Shown: positions 17,867 through 27,819 of the stretch, one piece after another | Layout of the letters: every line of letters begins with the position of its first letter | Numbering within the stretch: position 1 is the stretch's first letter | From: an uncultured Coriobacteriales bacterium | GTDB taxonomy: Bacteria; Actinomycetota; Coriobacteriia; Coriobacteriales; UMGS124 | Assembly: GCA_934636245.1 (NCBI GenBank) | Contig: CAKUAI010000014.1 | Span: 31,258 to 95,257, forward strand | Length of the DNA: 64,000 nt | Direction: 5' to 3' | Made by a program: the position numbers and the translations under genes | The notes under the pieces: generated by a model | The model's input: only the letters and a program-made list of their open reading frames with translations | Told to the model about the DNA's origin: nothing | Databases searched by the model: none

Positions 17867-19546
17867 ATGAGCATTTCCCGTCGTTCCTTTGTCGCCGGTG
17901 CAGCCGCTGCCGGCGTCCTCGCAGGTACGAGCATCGCCGTGGCCGACGAGACCACCGCGGCTGATGTCGAGGCCCCGGCATTCCTCACCAAGCCCGAGGT
18001 TCCTGCCGACGTCGTGGACGAGCAGGACTGCGACGTCCTCGTCATCGGCATGGGCCTGGCCGGCACCGCCGCTTTCAAGGCTGCGGCCGAGACGGGCGTG
18101 AAGACCATCGCCCTGGAGAAGCAGCCCGAGGACACCTACTCGGTCATCTACATGGCCGGCGACTTCGGCGTCGTGGGCTCGCAGATTCAGAAGGACCTGG
18201 GCATCGAATGGGCGCCCAAAGAGGTCATCATGCACGAGATGCAGAAGGAGTGCGCCTCCCGCATCGACCCGTGGATGCTTTCCTACTGGTACGACCACTC
18301 CGGCGCCGACTTCGACTGGTTCGTCGAGGGCTCTGACTTCGAGGTGCTCAAGGGCACGGCCGCCGAGAGGGAGACCGACAAGGAGTACTACATCCGCCCA
18401 AAGTGCTTCCCGCGCAACGAGGGCTACGACTACCGCGAGGAGTTCTATCCCTACTTCCACGGCACCATCACCACGAACCCCAACATGCAGTGGGCCTGCC
18501 AGGCCGCCATGGACGCAGGCGTCGCCGCCGGCGGTCAGATCATCTTCGGCGCCGCCGGTGAGCAGCTCATCCAGGATGAGGACGGCACTGTGACGGGCGC
18601 TTACGCCAAGACCGACGCCGGCTACATCAAGGTGAACGCCAAGCAGGTCGTCCTGACCTGCGGCGACTACGGCGCGAACAAGGACATGGTGCGTTACTAC
18701 GCCCCCGAGTACGCCGACTACGGCGGCGGTGTGGACACGGGCGACGGCCACCTCATGGGCATCTGGGCCGGCGGTCGCATGGAGAACGGCCCCCACGCCC
18801 CCATGGCTCACCACATGGGCGCGGCCCTGGGCGTGGACTCCTACCTGCACCTCAACATGGCCGGCAAGCGCTTCATGGACGAGGACATCCCCGGCCAGAA
18901 CCTGACGCAAATGCTCTGCCGCCAGCCGGTCTCGTCCGACCCCGAGAAGGCCGCCCAGGACATCCGCTCTTACCAGATCTTCGACTCCAAGTGGCCTGAG
19001 CAGATCATCGACATGCCAGACGGCCATGGCTACACCACGCACTTCGTGCCCGATGACGAAATTGACAACTACCAGCTCGTTCTCTCTGGCTTTGGCCTGG
19101 GCTACACCACGCAGCAGATGGTGGAGGACTCCGTCACCTACAAGGCCGACACGCTCGAAGAGCTCATCGAAATGATGGGCCTTCCCGCTGAGACCGCCCT
19201 GGCCGAGATCGCCCACTACAACGACCTGTGCCATGCCGGCTTCGACGAGGACTTCGGCAAGATGTCCAAGCGCCTCTTCCCGGTGGAGAACCCGCCGTTC
19301 TACGCCTGCGCCTTCTCGGCAAGCAAGTACATGCTCGTCATGATGGGCGGCCTTGAGTGCGACCATGACCTGCACGTGATCAACGACGCCGAGGAGCCCA
19401 TCCCGGGTCTCTTCTGCGCCGGCAACAACCAGGGCCGCCGCTTCCTGGTGGACTACCCGGTCATCGTGGCAGGCATCTCGCTGGGCACCGCGCTCACGTT
19501 CGGCCGCCTGGCCGGCGCCAACGCCGCCGCAGCAGTCAACGCATAG
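17867..19546 (+). CDS. Tat-exported FAD-dependent oxidoreductase (FAD_binding_2 family)
   Basis: The N-terminus is MSISRRSFVAGAAAAGVLAGTSIAVA. The dinucleotide fold is DVLVIGMGLAGTAAF. The C-terminal signature is GLFCAGNNQG. AGGAG RBS. Confidence 0.85.
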   Translation: MSISRRSFVAGAAAAGVLAGTSIAVADETTAADVEAPAFLTKPEVPADVVDEQDCDVLVIGMGLAGTAAFKAAAETGVKTIALEKQPEDTYSVIYMAGDFGVVGSQIQKDLGIEWAPKEVIMHEMQKECASRIDPWMLSYWYDHSGADFDWFVEGSDFEVLKGTAAERETDKEYYIRPKCFPRNEGYDYREEFYPYFHGTITTNPNMQWACQAAMDAGVAAGGQIIFGAAGEQLIQDEDGTVTGAYAKTDAGYIKVNAKQVVLTCGDYGANKDMVRYYAPEYADYGGGVDTGDGHLMGIWAGGRMENGPHAPMAHHMGAALGVDSYLHLNMAGKRFMDEDIPGQNLTQMLCRQPVSSDPEKAAQDIRSYQIFDSKWPEQIIDMPDGHGYTTHFVPDDEIDNYQLVLSGFGLGYTTQQMVEDSVTYKADTLEELIEMMGLPAETALAEIAHYNDLCHAGFDEDFGKMSKRLFPVENPPFYACAFSASKYMLVMMGGLECDHDLHVINDAEEPIPGLFCAGNNQGRRFLVDYPVIVAGISLGTALTFGRLAGANAAAAVNA

Positions 19547-19572
19547 ACCCGCCGCAACCCGGCACGCCTTCA

Positions 19573-19607
19573 AGCCCGCCTTCCGCAAAGGAAGGCGGGC
19601 TGTTTTG
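19573..19607 (+). terminator. Rho-independent terminator AGCCCGCCTTCC-N5-GGAAGGCGGGCT followed by GTTTTG
   Basis: A perfect 12-bp stem, 27 nt after the stop at 19546. Confidence 0.75.
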
Positions 19608-20178
19608 TCGAGCACCTCGCGGCACTCCCATTTCTCCCTCTTTGAGGGGTGGCGTCCCGTCGAGCCCACTCGGCAGGGCACCTTTATGGGCTCGCCTGGC
19701 AGAAATAGGGAATCTGGAAATTCACAGCCCCCGCAAATCCGTTCACCCAACTGACTGGCAGGGGTTTCTTTCGCGCGGCCCAAGCAAGGTATCTGCCCTC
19801 TTCTTTGGAGACCTCGGCCGCAAGCACGTAGGAGGTCGCAAGAAGGCCAGCCACATCGCCGTCGGCACTACCCCTCGACAGGAATCACGCGGATGGTCGG
19901 CTCAAAAAACACGCATGTTTGCGTTTTAATTCTCACTTGCAAGTAGCCGTAAACCGCGCACGTCATCTACCTGCGGCGATGTTGTGGGGCAACAGCCGAA
20001 TAGTCAGTACAACCGATTTAAAGCGCAAACATACGCTGTTTTTTACTGCTCCCGTTCGGCTGGCCGTCAAATCGAAGGGTCTAGTCCGACAAAAATGGCG
20101 ATTTTGCCCCACTGGGGCGGCTTAAGCGCCTACCATATCGCCAGCGAAAAGAAACCGGCGGCGCACAAGGAGGGTTCA

Positions 20179-20529
20179 ATGACATCGGAAGGTTTGTTTC
20201 GGGAGTTCTATCAGGTCGTGAAAGCCATCCCGCGCGGCAAGGTTGCCAGCTATGGACAGGTCGCGCTGCTTGCCGGCCATCCTCGCGCCGCACGCTTCGT
20301 GGGCTACGCCCTGCACTCCAACCCCGAACCCGGCATCATCCCCTGCCACCGCGTGGTGTTCAAGAACGGCAGCCTCGCAAGCGGCTTTGCCTTCGGCGGC
20401 CCCGGTGTGCAGCGCCAGCTACTTGAAGACGAAGGCATCGCCTTCCTGCCTGACGGGCGCGTTGACATGCAAGAATGCCAGTGGGGATGCTTCAACCAAG
20501 CCGAACTGGAAATCGAGCGGCAAGATTAG
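20179..20529 (+). CDS. MGMT-family protein (methylated-DNA-protein-cysteine methyltransferase DNA-binding/active-site domain only)
   Basis: The ORF spans 19984..20529; the ATG is at 20179 after AAGGAGGG. The sequence VKAIPRGKVASYGQVALLAGHPRAARFVGYAL...IIPCHRVV contains the PCHR motif. Confidence 0.8.
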   Translation: MTSEGLFREFYQVVKAIPRGKVASYGQVALLAGHPRAARFVGYALHSNPEPGIIPCHRVVFKNGSLASGFAFGGPGVQRQLLEDEGIAFLPDGRVDMQECQWGCFNQAELEIERQD

Positions 20530-21100
20530 CAATCAAATCCCAATTTCCACCTTCTTCGATGGCCCCGCTGGCAATGTTCCCAGCGCCCCTCTCACACGCA
20601 ACTCATTTCTAATTTTGATTTCCGCCGGAGTTCATGCCAGCAACCTCAACAAAGCCCCGACGTTAATCGATGCAAGAAACAGCTCCGGTTGTTTCCGCTC
20701 CAATTCTTTGCCTCGCCCGCATTTGTCAATCACATCCCCAGCGAGGCCTCAAACAAGCGATTGGCAGCAGACCCCAGTCTCATCCCATCACTTTTGCTTG
20801 ACACAAAAAGCGCTGCCTGCCTGGTATATCCAAGCAGGCAGCGCTTTGTCTAGAGCAGTGAGTCACCGAACGCAGACAGTTCTCAACGGGCGCAAACACC
20901 CCGCCGCATCAGCCCGCAACAACACCGCAATCGCAATCATCGAGGTGTGCGCCGGCATCATCCACACTGACGCAATCAGCGTCGACACCCGGACTCTCGC
21001 CGCGTGGTTCACAGCAACGTAGTCGTCCCCGGCATCCGAATCGTTGCCTTGTCTTCGCGGCAGCAAAGACAAGGCCATCGCACAGCGCGCGCCAGCGGCG

Positions 21101-22483
21101 CTACTCCGCCTGCTCGTCCTCCGCAGGCGCAACACCTTTGGCCTCGTGGCGCTTGAGGTAAAGCGCCAGGTAGAGCAGGCCAACAACAGCGGCCGTGAAG
21201 GTGCCCAGCAGGATGCCCACCTTGGCGTTCATGATGTAGGTCGGGTCGGTGAAGGCCAGGCCGCCCACGAGGATTGCCATGGTGAAGCCGATACCGGCGA
21301 GCATGCCGATTCCGAGCATGTGGCCCCACGTGGCGTTCTTGGGAAGCGAGAAGCCGCAGAACTTGACCATGACAAAGGTCGTAAGCAGGATGCCGATCGG
21401 CTTACCCAGGACAAGGCCCACCCACACGCCGAGCGTCACCGGCGAAGTGAGCACGGTAAGCATGTCGGCATCAGCCACGAAGACCTGCGCGTTCACAAAG
21501 GCGAAGAGCGGCAGGATGAGGTAGTTCACCGGGAACGTGATGGCATGCTCCAGGCGCTGCAGCGGCGGGGTCACGATGTGGGACACGCGCTCGACCTCAT
21601 GCGTGAGCTCAGTAACCTCGTGCTGACCAAGAATGCGCAGGTCAGAGTCGTAGGTGCGGTCAAACTCGGCAGACTTGCCGGCAATCCAGTGTGCGTAGGC
21701 CTTGAGGTTGACGTTGGATTTCACGGGCAGAGTGAAGGCGAGCACCACGCCGGCCAGCGTCGCATGGATGCCGGCGTTAAAGAAGCACACCCACAAAAAC
21801 ACGCCGAGCAGCAGGTAGGGCGTGAGCTTGAACACGTGCAGGCGGTTGAGCACAATCAGAACCACCACGGCGAGCGCGGCGAGGACCAGCCAAAGCGCGG
21901 CGATGTCGGTGCTGTAGAACAGGGCGATGACCACGATGGCCACCATATCGTCGGCAATGGCCAGCGTGGAGAAGAAGACCTTCACACCCACGGGGATGCG
22001 CTCGCCGAACAGGCTCATGACCGCCAGGGCAAACGCGATGTCGGTGGCAGTGGGGATGGCCCAACCCTGCACGGCGTCGCCACCCATGTTGATTGCCAGG
22101 TAGATGAGGGCCGGACCGCACACGCCACCCAGCGCCGCCACCATGGGCAGAATCGCCTGCTTGGGCTTGGCGAGGGCGCCCACGGTCATCTCATACTTGA
22201 GCTCACAGCCCACAAGCAGGAAAAAGAATGCCATGAACAGGTCGTTTACAACCTGCTCAAACGTGAGGCCCACAAAGGTCTCGCCAATGTAGAAGCCAAG
22301 CGGTGTCTCCATGGCATGGTGGAGGGGCTCGTGGAAACCCACGTTCGTAAGGATAAGAGCCACAATCGCAGCGGCAATCATCACAAGCGCCGATACGGTG
22401 CCCGTAAGTCGGCTCATGAGGCGGACGTGCTTCTCGGCACGCTTGGCGCTCACGTCGATAAGGATGTCAGTGCCACGTGTCAT
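21101..22483 (-). CDS. nhaA: Na+/H+ antiporter NhaA
   Basis: The ORF spans 21101..22621; the ATG is at 22483. Polytopic. Motifs: FFLLVGCELKYE, IPTATDIAFALAVMSL, IADDMVAIVVIALFY. Confidence 0.88.
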   Translation of the reverse strand: MTRGTDILIDVSAKRAEKHVRLMSRLTGTVSALVMIAAAIVALILTNVGFHEPLHHAMETPLGFYIGETFVGLTFEQVVNDLFMAFFFLLVGCELKYEMTVGALAKPKQAILPMVAALGGVCGPALIYLAINMGGDAVQGWAIPTATDIAFALAVMSLFGERIPVGVKVFFSTLAIADDMVAIVVIALFYSTDIAALWLVLAALAVVVLIVLNRLHVFKLTPYLLLGVFLWVCFFNAGIHATLAGVVLAFTLPVKSNVNLKAYAHWIAGKSAEFDRTYDSDLRILGQHEVTELTHEVERVSHIVTPPLQRLEHAITFPVNYLILPLFAFVNAQVFVADADMLTVLTSPVTLGVWVGLVLGKPIGILLTTFVMVKFCGFSLPKNATWGHMLGIGMLAGIGFTMAILVGGLAFTDPTYIMNAKVGILLGTFTAAVVGLLYLALYLKRHEAKGVAPAEDEQAE

Positions 22484-22780
22484 ACGCGTTCCCTTTCGGT
22501 CGTTCTGCTTCTCACGAAAACGCCCCGGGTACGCACGCAACGCACCCGGGGCGCAGACGTTTCTCGGCCATACGGCGGCCATTATGCGGAAGTATTCCCC
22601 GCCCGCATGCCAGCAAATCAACGTTCACGAGGTGACCATGACCTCATGGAACACACTTCTCCGACGGCCGCATAAAAGCAATCCCTAAGACATGGGGCCG
22701 AAACTGTTCATATTAGTATCCCAGTGTCAGAGGCGACCCGTCCTTTCAAAGGACGGCGACACCACACAAGCCCAACTGGC

Positions 22781-24337
22781 TTACGCCTCAAGCGACGGAA
22801 TCAGCTCGCCAGCAGCGTGCTCCGCAGCCCAGTAGCCGCTGACTCGACCCCAAAGCTGCGTGGAGCCAGGTGCGATTGACACGTCGTAATACGGGCCGAA
22901 AAGTCCGCCAGCATCAGAACCACCAGCATATAGGCCTACAATCGGCTTATAGTCGGAACCGATAACGCGAGCGAATTCATCTACGCGAAGACCGCCAACA
23001 TTGTTATAGAACGCAAGCTGTGAACGGAAGAGGTAGAACGGCGGGGTCTGAATCTTGCGCAGATACTGGGGGTCCTTCATGAAGTCTGCGTCAAAACCAG
23101 CGTCCACGTAGCCGTTGAACTTCTCAATTTCCGCGATAGTCGTCTCCACGTCAATATCAACGTTGGCACAGAGTTCCTCGATCGTGTCAGCCTTATACAC
23201 GCGAGGATTCTCACGAACAAGCGCGGCATCAATCTCGTCCTGGAACTGAGGAACCGGCTCGCCAACCTCAAAATAGTTATGGCGCTTGGTGACGACGCCT
23301 TCATCCATGATTTTCTGAACAAAATCCTGGTCAACAATCATATAGATATGATGCTGTTGGGAGCAGATATTACCAGAGGTCGTCCAGTCGGAAATAACCT
23401 CCTCATCGCAGAAACGACGACCAGACTCGTTGAAGAAGCATGTGTCAGCCTGGTTGACGCCACAAATGGTAAGCGCGCCCTTGTTGTAATGACCAGGAAG
23501 AATGGGACTGCAGTAGTTGATAGCCTCAGGATGGAAAAGCAGGGCACCAAGTTCCTCGCCCATCGTGATACCGTCGCCCATCTGAGTACCCATGCCGCCG
23601 CGATTGATGACGCGATCGTAGGAAACGTTGGTAAAGCGCTCGAACATCTCCTTGTTGCAACCGTAACCACCCGTGCACAAATCAACAGCCTTGGCATTGA
23701 CCTGAATGACCTCACCAACGCGGTTGCGGCACTTTACGCCCGTTACGCGCCCCTCGTCATTAACAAGCACCTTGTAAGCGCGCTCGTCAAAGAGGAACTG
23801 CACGCCCAGCTCCAAGGCATAGTTGTACATAGTGTAGATAGCCGTCTTGCCGCCATTGGTGCCGTTTCCGTCTTCCTCATACTTAAGGCGACCCTCTTTA
23901 AAAACAACGCCTTGGTTGTCGCGCGTCCAATCGATGACCTTTTGTGCGTCATCGGCAAATCGACGCGTCACAATGGCGTTGCTTGCAAAGCGATGGTAAT
24001 CGACAAGATTGCGGTACAGCTCATCAGCGCCGCCCTCAGGAACCTCGCCGCAATTCTCGACATAACGCGAGTTGCCACCAATGCCATTCTCAGTATTGAC
24101 ATCAACTAGAATGGTCGACATGCCCAATTCGGCCGCGCGAATAGCAGCGCAAAGACCCGCAGTGCCGGAACCCGCGACCACAAAGTCGCACTCGTAAGTC
24201 TCAACGGGATCCACGTCGGGCGCGGCAGCATCAAGTGGCTCTTCCTTAGCGTATGCCACATGCGCAGCACCGGCAGCGACGGCGCCCAAAGCCGCCGACC
24301 CAATCAACATGTCACGACGAGAGAAATCCATACTCAT
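22781..24337 (-). CDS. Tat-exported FAD-dependent oxidoreductase (FAD_binding_2), the flavoprotein partner of the upstream cytochrome c
   Basis: The ORF spans 22781..24382. The ATG at 24337 (MSMDFSRRDMLIGSAALGAVAAGAAHVAYA) follows GAAGGGGTGG. The dinucleotide fold is DFVVAGSGTAGLCAAI. The C-terminal signature is GLYAGGSDAGG. GC is visibly lower than in flanking genes. Confidence 0.85.
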   Translation of the reverse strand: MSMDFSRRDMLIGSAALGAVAAGAAHVAYAKEEPLDAAAPDVDPVETYECDFVVAGSGTAGLCAAIRAAELGMSTILVDVNTENGIGGNSRYVENCGEVPEGGADELYRNLVDYHRFASNAIVTRRFADDAQKVIDWTRDNQGVVFKEGRLKYEEDGNGTNGGKTAIYTMYNYALELGVQFLFDERAYKVLVNDEGRVTGVKCRNRVGEVIQVNAKAVDLCTGGYGCNKEMFERFTNVSYDRVINRGGMGTQMGDGITMGEELGALLFHPEAINYCSPILPGHYNKGALTICGVNQADTCFFNESGRRFCDEEVISDWTTSGNICSQQHHIYMIVDQDFVQKIMDEGVVTKRHNYFEVGEPVPQFQDEIDAALVRENPRVYKADTIEELCANVDIDVETTIAEIEKFNGYVDAGFDADFMKDPQYLRKIQTPPFYLFRSQLAFYNNVGGLRVDEFARVIGSDYKPIVGLYAGGSDAGGLFGPYYDVSIAPGSTQLWGRVSGYWAAEHAAGELIPSLEA

Positions 24338-24382
24338 ATCAGTCCACCCCTTCAATGGTTGTTCGTCATCACTCAGTGTCAA

Positions 24383-24883
24383 TTAGTAAAAGCCCGTCCA
24401 ACCAGCGGGAAGCTCCAGGTAGTGACAGCCAACGCAACTCAGAGTGGACGTCGTGCCATCGATCGAGTGACAGTCAGAGCAGTTCACGAGACCATTGTGA
24501 TTATCGTGCACGTTATACAAACCCTGCTTGTTGTACACAGTCACATCGCCAGGAAGCATCGTGGAATCAACGATGGAGTCCCAGTCATGACAACCCAGGC
24601 AAAATTCGCGGGTTCCAAGCGTAGCAGCCGACTTCTCAACCGGCGCCGCGTCCTGTGCCAGAGCGGCCTGGGCATCAGCGGCAACCTTCTCCAAATCAAG
24701 ACCGAGCCCCTGATGAAGCGCCAGAACGTTCTCCGTACCAGCCTTCTTCGGATCACCGTCAGAGACGTCTGCCATCGCAAACGCCGCAAATCCGAGCGCT
24801 CCAACGAGCGCGGCCGCAGCCAGGGCACTTATAACCTGAGGCATCTTTCGCCCGGAAGTCATGCGGTCTCTGTTCTTCCTCAT
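24383..24883 (-). CDS. Small membrane-anchored multihaem c-type cytochrome (three CXXCH motifs)
   Basis: The ORF spans 24383..24946; the ATG at 24883 follows AAGGAGGAGAG. There is an N-terminal hydrophobic anchor (VISALAAAALVGALGFAAFAMA) and haem motifs CLGCH, CSDCH and CVGCH. The stop lies 45 nt upstream of the flavoprotein ATG. Confidence 0.8.
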   Translation of the reverse strand: MRKNRDRMTSGRKMPQVISALAAAALVGALGFAAFAMADVSDGDPKKAGTENVLALHQGLGLDLEKVAADAQAALAQDAAPVEKSAATLGTREFCLGCHDWDSIVDSTMLPGDVTVYNKQGLYNVHDNHNGLVNCSDCHSIDGTTSTLSCVGCHYLELPAGWTGFY

Positions 24884-25173
24884 AGTCTCTCCTCCTTGGT
24901 TTGCCATTACGGTAAGACGCCGACGTTTGTCCGCGCCTGTTGGCAACTATGGTCTTTGCCGGATGGCCATGCGAGCCATAAACCATGGCGTTTCGACTCG
25001 GCCCTTCCCTCATAAAGCATGGGGGTTGACTCTATTTATGCAGGCAAACGGTCAAATATTAAAATTCGAATCCGCAGGAATATCCTATCCCGTCGCCCGT
25101 TTGGTATGGGATTCGTGCGATAATCATTGCGGTAAATAGGAGAGACCATGGCGTTCAGTCAAATGGGGCGAGA

Positions 25174-26682
25174 TTGACAATTCAAGCGGCTCAAGAACAT
25201 TCAACCAGTACGTATAAAGCAAGCCCTACCGGCTCATTCGTTGCATTGGTATTAGGGCTGACTTTTTGGTGGCCGTTTTTCCGCAAGTACGAGTACTCTG
25301 CCCTCTTTGCTTTTTATCAACAACCAGTTGAAACAATGTGGTCCGCCTATACACCCACAATGATTGGGCTGGGCATCGCCTTGCTTGTCGGTGCTATTGC
25401 TCACAAACATCTTGAACGTTTCATCGAGAAACGCCGTCTCATTGCAGGTCTCGTCTGCATAACGGGAAGTCTCGGATGGACCCTGACGCTCGTAGCGCCA
25501 TTTTTCGACATCTTCACCCAGCCTATTCTCGCTCTAGGCTGCCTTCTGAGCTCGTTCGGTTATGCCTGGTTAACACTGTGCTGGGGATTCAGAATCTGCT
25601 CTCTGTCCTTATCGCACTCCGCCTTGGCACTCCTCCTTGCCTTTGCGGCAAGCTCCGTATTACAGCTCACAGCCTTCCTTCCCCTCCCCGTCGTGGTTAC
25701 GGTTGCTGTCATTGCACCTATTTTGTCTGGAATCGCCTGGCTTTGTTGCGATTCACTGACACGAGACCGTAACACCCATGAGCTTCACAACGTCTCTCGT
25801 TCCATGCCTCTCGGCGTCATCGGAATACTTGGTTTCTTCCTTATTGCAGGCCGACTTGCCGTGGGATTGCTGGCGTACGTGACCGAGGCCGTGCCAGACA
25901 ATGACAGACTTCTTACCATTGTTTGCTCATTGGTAATGTCGGCTCTTGTTCTTGTCGCATCCCGGCACATACAGGACAAGGGAAGATTGCTTCAGATCAC
26001 CTGGAGCGGGCTTGTCGTGATTTTCATGGCAGGAATGTTCTCCCTACTTGTCGGCAACGCAATGATGGGGCATGTCGCCACCGCATCACTCTCCGCCGTA
26101 CTAGGGTGCTTTGAAGTCGAGCTATTTGCCATTGTTGCAATGTCAGCAAAAAGCTGTGGCGTTTCAGGAGCATCAGCGTTCGGGGCTACCGTGCTTTTAT
26201 TCCGCGTGCTACCAAACTTCTTGGGTAAAAACCTCACGCCGATTCTTATCGGGACGGACCCTGCATGGGCTCAACAGGTGACAGCTTTTGTCGTCCCATG
26301 TATGACGTTTCTAGCCGTGGTGGCGACCATAGTCTTTATGAACGCACGCACGATAGGAAAGATTTCTTGGTTCGGCGACATAAATCCGGTTGACGCTGCA
26401 CTTGACGACATCGAAGACGCTCTTTGCCCGGATACGCAAGCAATACAGGCCCACAACCAGGCATCCCCCGCCGCAACCTGTAAGATGCTTGCATCCCAAT
26501 TCGGCCTTACAGCCAGAGAAACCGATGTGCTGCTTCTCGTGAGCGAGGGGCGAAGCTACCAAAAGATTGCCGACTCACTCGGGATTTCCCTCGGCACCGT
26601 ACAGGGGCACGTCAAATGCCTTTATCGCAAGCTTGGGGTCCACACCAAGCAAGAGGTCATCGAGCTGGTTAGAAACTCATAG
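25174..26682 (+). CDS. Membrane-embedded LuxR/GerE-family regulator
   Basis: 502 aa with an apparent TTG start, since no upstream in-frame ATG exists. Polytopic N-terminal domain. The C-terminus reads LTARETDVLLLVSEGRSYQKIADSLGISLGTVQGHVKCLYRKLGVHTKQEV. Confidence 0.8.
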   Translation: MTIQAAQEHSTSTYKASPTGSFVALVLGLTFWWPFFRKYEYSALFAFYQQPVETMWSAYTPTMIGLGIALLVGAIAHKHLERFIEKRRLIAGLVCITGSLGWTLTLVAPFFDIFTQPILALGCLLSSFGYAWLTLCWGFRICSLSLSHSALALLLAFAASSVLQLTAFLPLPVVVTVAVIAPILSGIAWLCCDSLTRDRNTHELHNVSRSMPLGVIGILGFFLIAGRLAVGLLAYVTEAVPDNDRLLTIVCSLVMSALVLVASRHIQDKGRLLQITWSGLVVIFMAGMFSLLVGNAMMGHVATASLSAVLGCFEVELFAIVAMSAKSCGVSGASAFGATVLLFRVLPNFLGKNLTPILIGTDPAWAQQVTAFVVPCMTFLAVVATIVFMNARTIGKISWFGDINPVDAALDDIEDALCPDTQAIQAHNQASPAATCKMLASQFGLTARETDVLLLVSEGRSYQKIADSLGISLGTVQGHVKCLYRKLGVHTKQEVIELVRNS

Positions 26683-26740
26683 CTCAATGGCCCTTCGCCC
26701 AAACCCCTTCAAGGATAGGGCGCGGTCAACTTATCGCTGT

Positions 26741-26788
26741 ACAAAAAAACGCAAAGGGCCGCCTGGGCATTTCAATCCCAGGCGGCCC
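26741..26788 (-). terminator. Hairpin GGGCCGCCTGGG-N9-CCCAGGCGGCCC with a T-run on the minus strand
   Basis: A perfect 12-bp stem at 26756..26788. On the minus strand it is followed by TTTGCGTTTTTTT. It sits between the convergent LuxR and hydrolase genes. Confidence 0.75.
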
Positions 26789-26817
26789 CACGCTCTTTAA
26801 TCGTTCGGCACAGATGC

Positions 26818-27819
26818 TTACTCCGCCGTCAGGCAGCCTTCGAGCCAGCAGAGAACATCGGAGAAGACTTCGTCACGGTTCGTCTCGTTGAGGAGCTCAT
26901 GGCGGGCGTCGGGGTAAATCTTCTCTTGCACGTCACGCACACCGCAGGCACGCATGAGATGAGCAACCTTGGGGATGGCCTCGCCGTTGTTGCCAACAGG
27001 ATCCTGCGAGCCGGCGATGAGCAGCACCGGAACCTCGGGGCGCATGTATGCCACACGGCTGCGCTTCTGGCTGCTTCCCACGAGAGAAAACAACTCGTGA
27101 TAGGCGGCCACGGAGAACGTAAATCCGCAGGCAGGGTCCTTGTCAAACAGTTCGCGCTGCTCAGGGTCGCGCGTAAGCCAACCGAGCTTGCCGCCTTCCT
27201 CGGGACCGAAGGCACGGGCGTACGCACCGTCGGCCAGGAAATTGACGAATTTCGAGCGATGGTCCCAGCCGCGCACGCCGCCCACGATGTCGCATACAAG
27301 CTTGCCAAAGGCGAGCGCGACAGGCGGCTGCCAGCCGGTGGCGCACACGACGGCGCCACTCAGACCCTTGCCGTACGCGCACAGGTAGTTGCGTACAACA
27401 AACGACCCCATCGAGTGGCCAAAAACGAAGTACGGAATGTACGCGTTGCGCACCTGCACGTAATTGCGCACGCGGTGCACGTCTCCCACCAGGTGGTCGG
27501 CACCCGTCTTGGCCTTCATGACACCCCAGCTTGAAGGGTCGGGGACGCTCTCACCATGCCCGATGTGATCGTGACCCACCACGAGGAAGCCGTACGTGGC
27601 CAGATAGCGGGCAAACGGCTCATAGCGCAAGATATGCTCTGCCATGCCGTGGACAAGCTGGACGATGGCGCGCGGTTTGCCTTGGCCCGGGGCCTGCCAC
27701 ATATAACCGACCAGCGCAGATGTTCCATCGCTGGAGGAAAGAGAGATTTCTCGCCTTTCCACGTCGCCCGGTTCGCAGACGTAGTTGTCTGCCTGGATAG
27801 AGGCAAAATCGCACGCCAT
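26818..27819 (-). CDS. Alpha/beta hydrolase (lysophospholipase/monoacylglycerol-lipase-like)
   Basis: 333 aa. It has an HG oxyanion motif (LVHGMAEH), the nucleophile elbow GHSMGS, and a C-terminal Asp/His region. AGGGGGA RBS. Confidence 0.8.
   Translation of the reverse strand: MACDFASIQADNYVCEPGDVERREISLSSSDGTSALVGYMWQAPGQGKPRAIVQLVHGMAEHILRYEPFARYLATYGFLVVGHDHIGHGESVPDPSSWGVMKAKTGADHLVGDVHRVRNYVQVRNAYIPYFVFGHSMGSFVVRNYLCAYGKGLSGAVVCATGWQPPVALAFGKLVCDIVGGVRGWDHRSKFVNFLADGAYARAFGPEEGGKLGWLTRDPEQRELFDKDPACGFTFSVAAYHELFSLVGSSQKRSRVAYMRPEVPVLLIAGSQDPVGNNGEAIPKVAHLMRACGVRDVQEKIYPDARHELLNETNRDEVFSDVLCWLEGCLTAE

Noticed and set aside
20090-20117. CAAAAATGGCGATTTTGCCCCACTGGGG, which resembles the repeat core GAAAATCGCGCCAACTGGGG
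   Set aside because: Only a partial match. The flanking AACATACATTTCA motifs and the palindrome are absent. This is probably chance.
19984-20178. N-terminal 65-aa extension of the MGMT-family ORF
   Set aside because: The extension has no family similarity. A strong AAGGAGGG RBS precedes the internal ATG at 20179, which matches the start of the conserved domain.
22781-24883. Naming the cytochrome/flavoprotein pair cgr1/cgr2 (cardiac glycoside reductase)
   Set aside because: Only the architecture matches. I cannot verify sequence identity to Cgr1/Cgr2 without a search, so no gene symbols were assigned.
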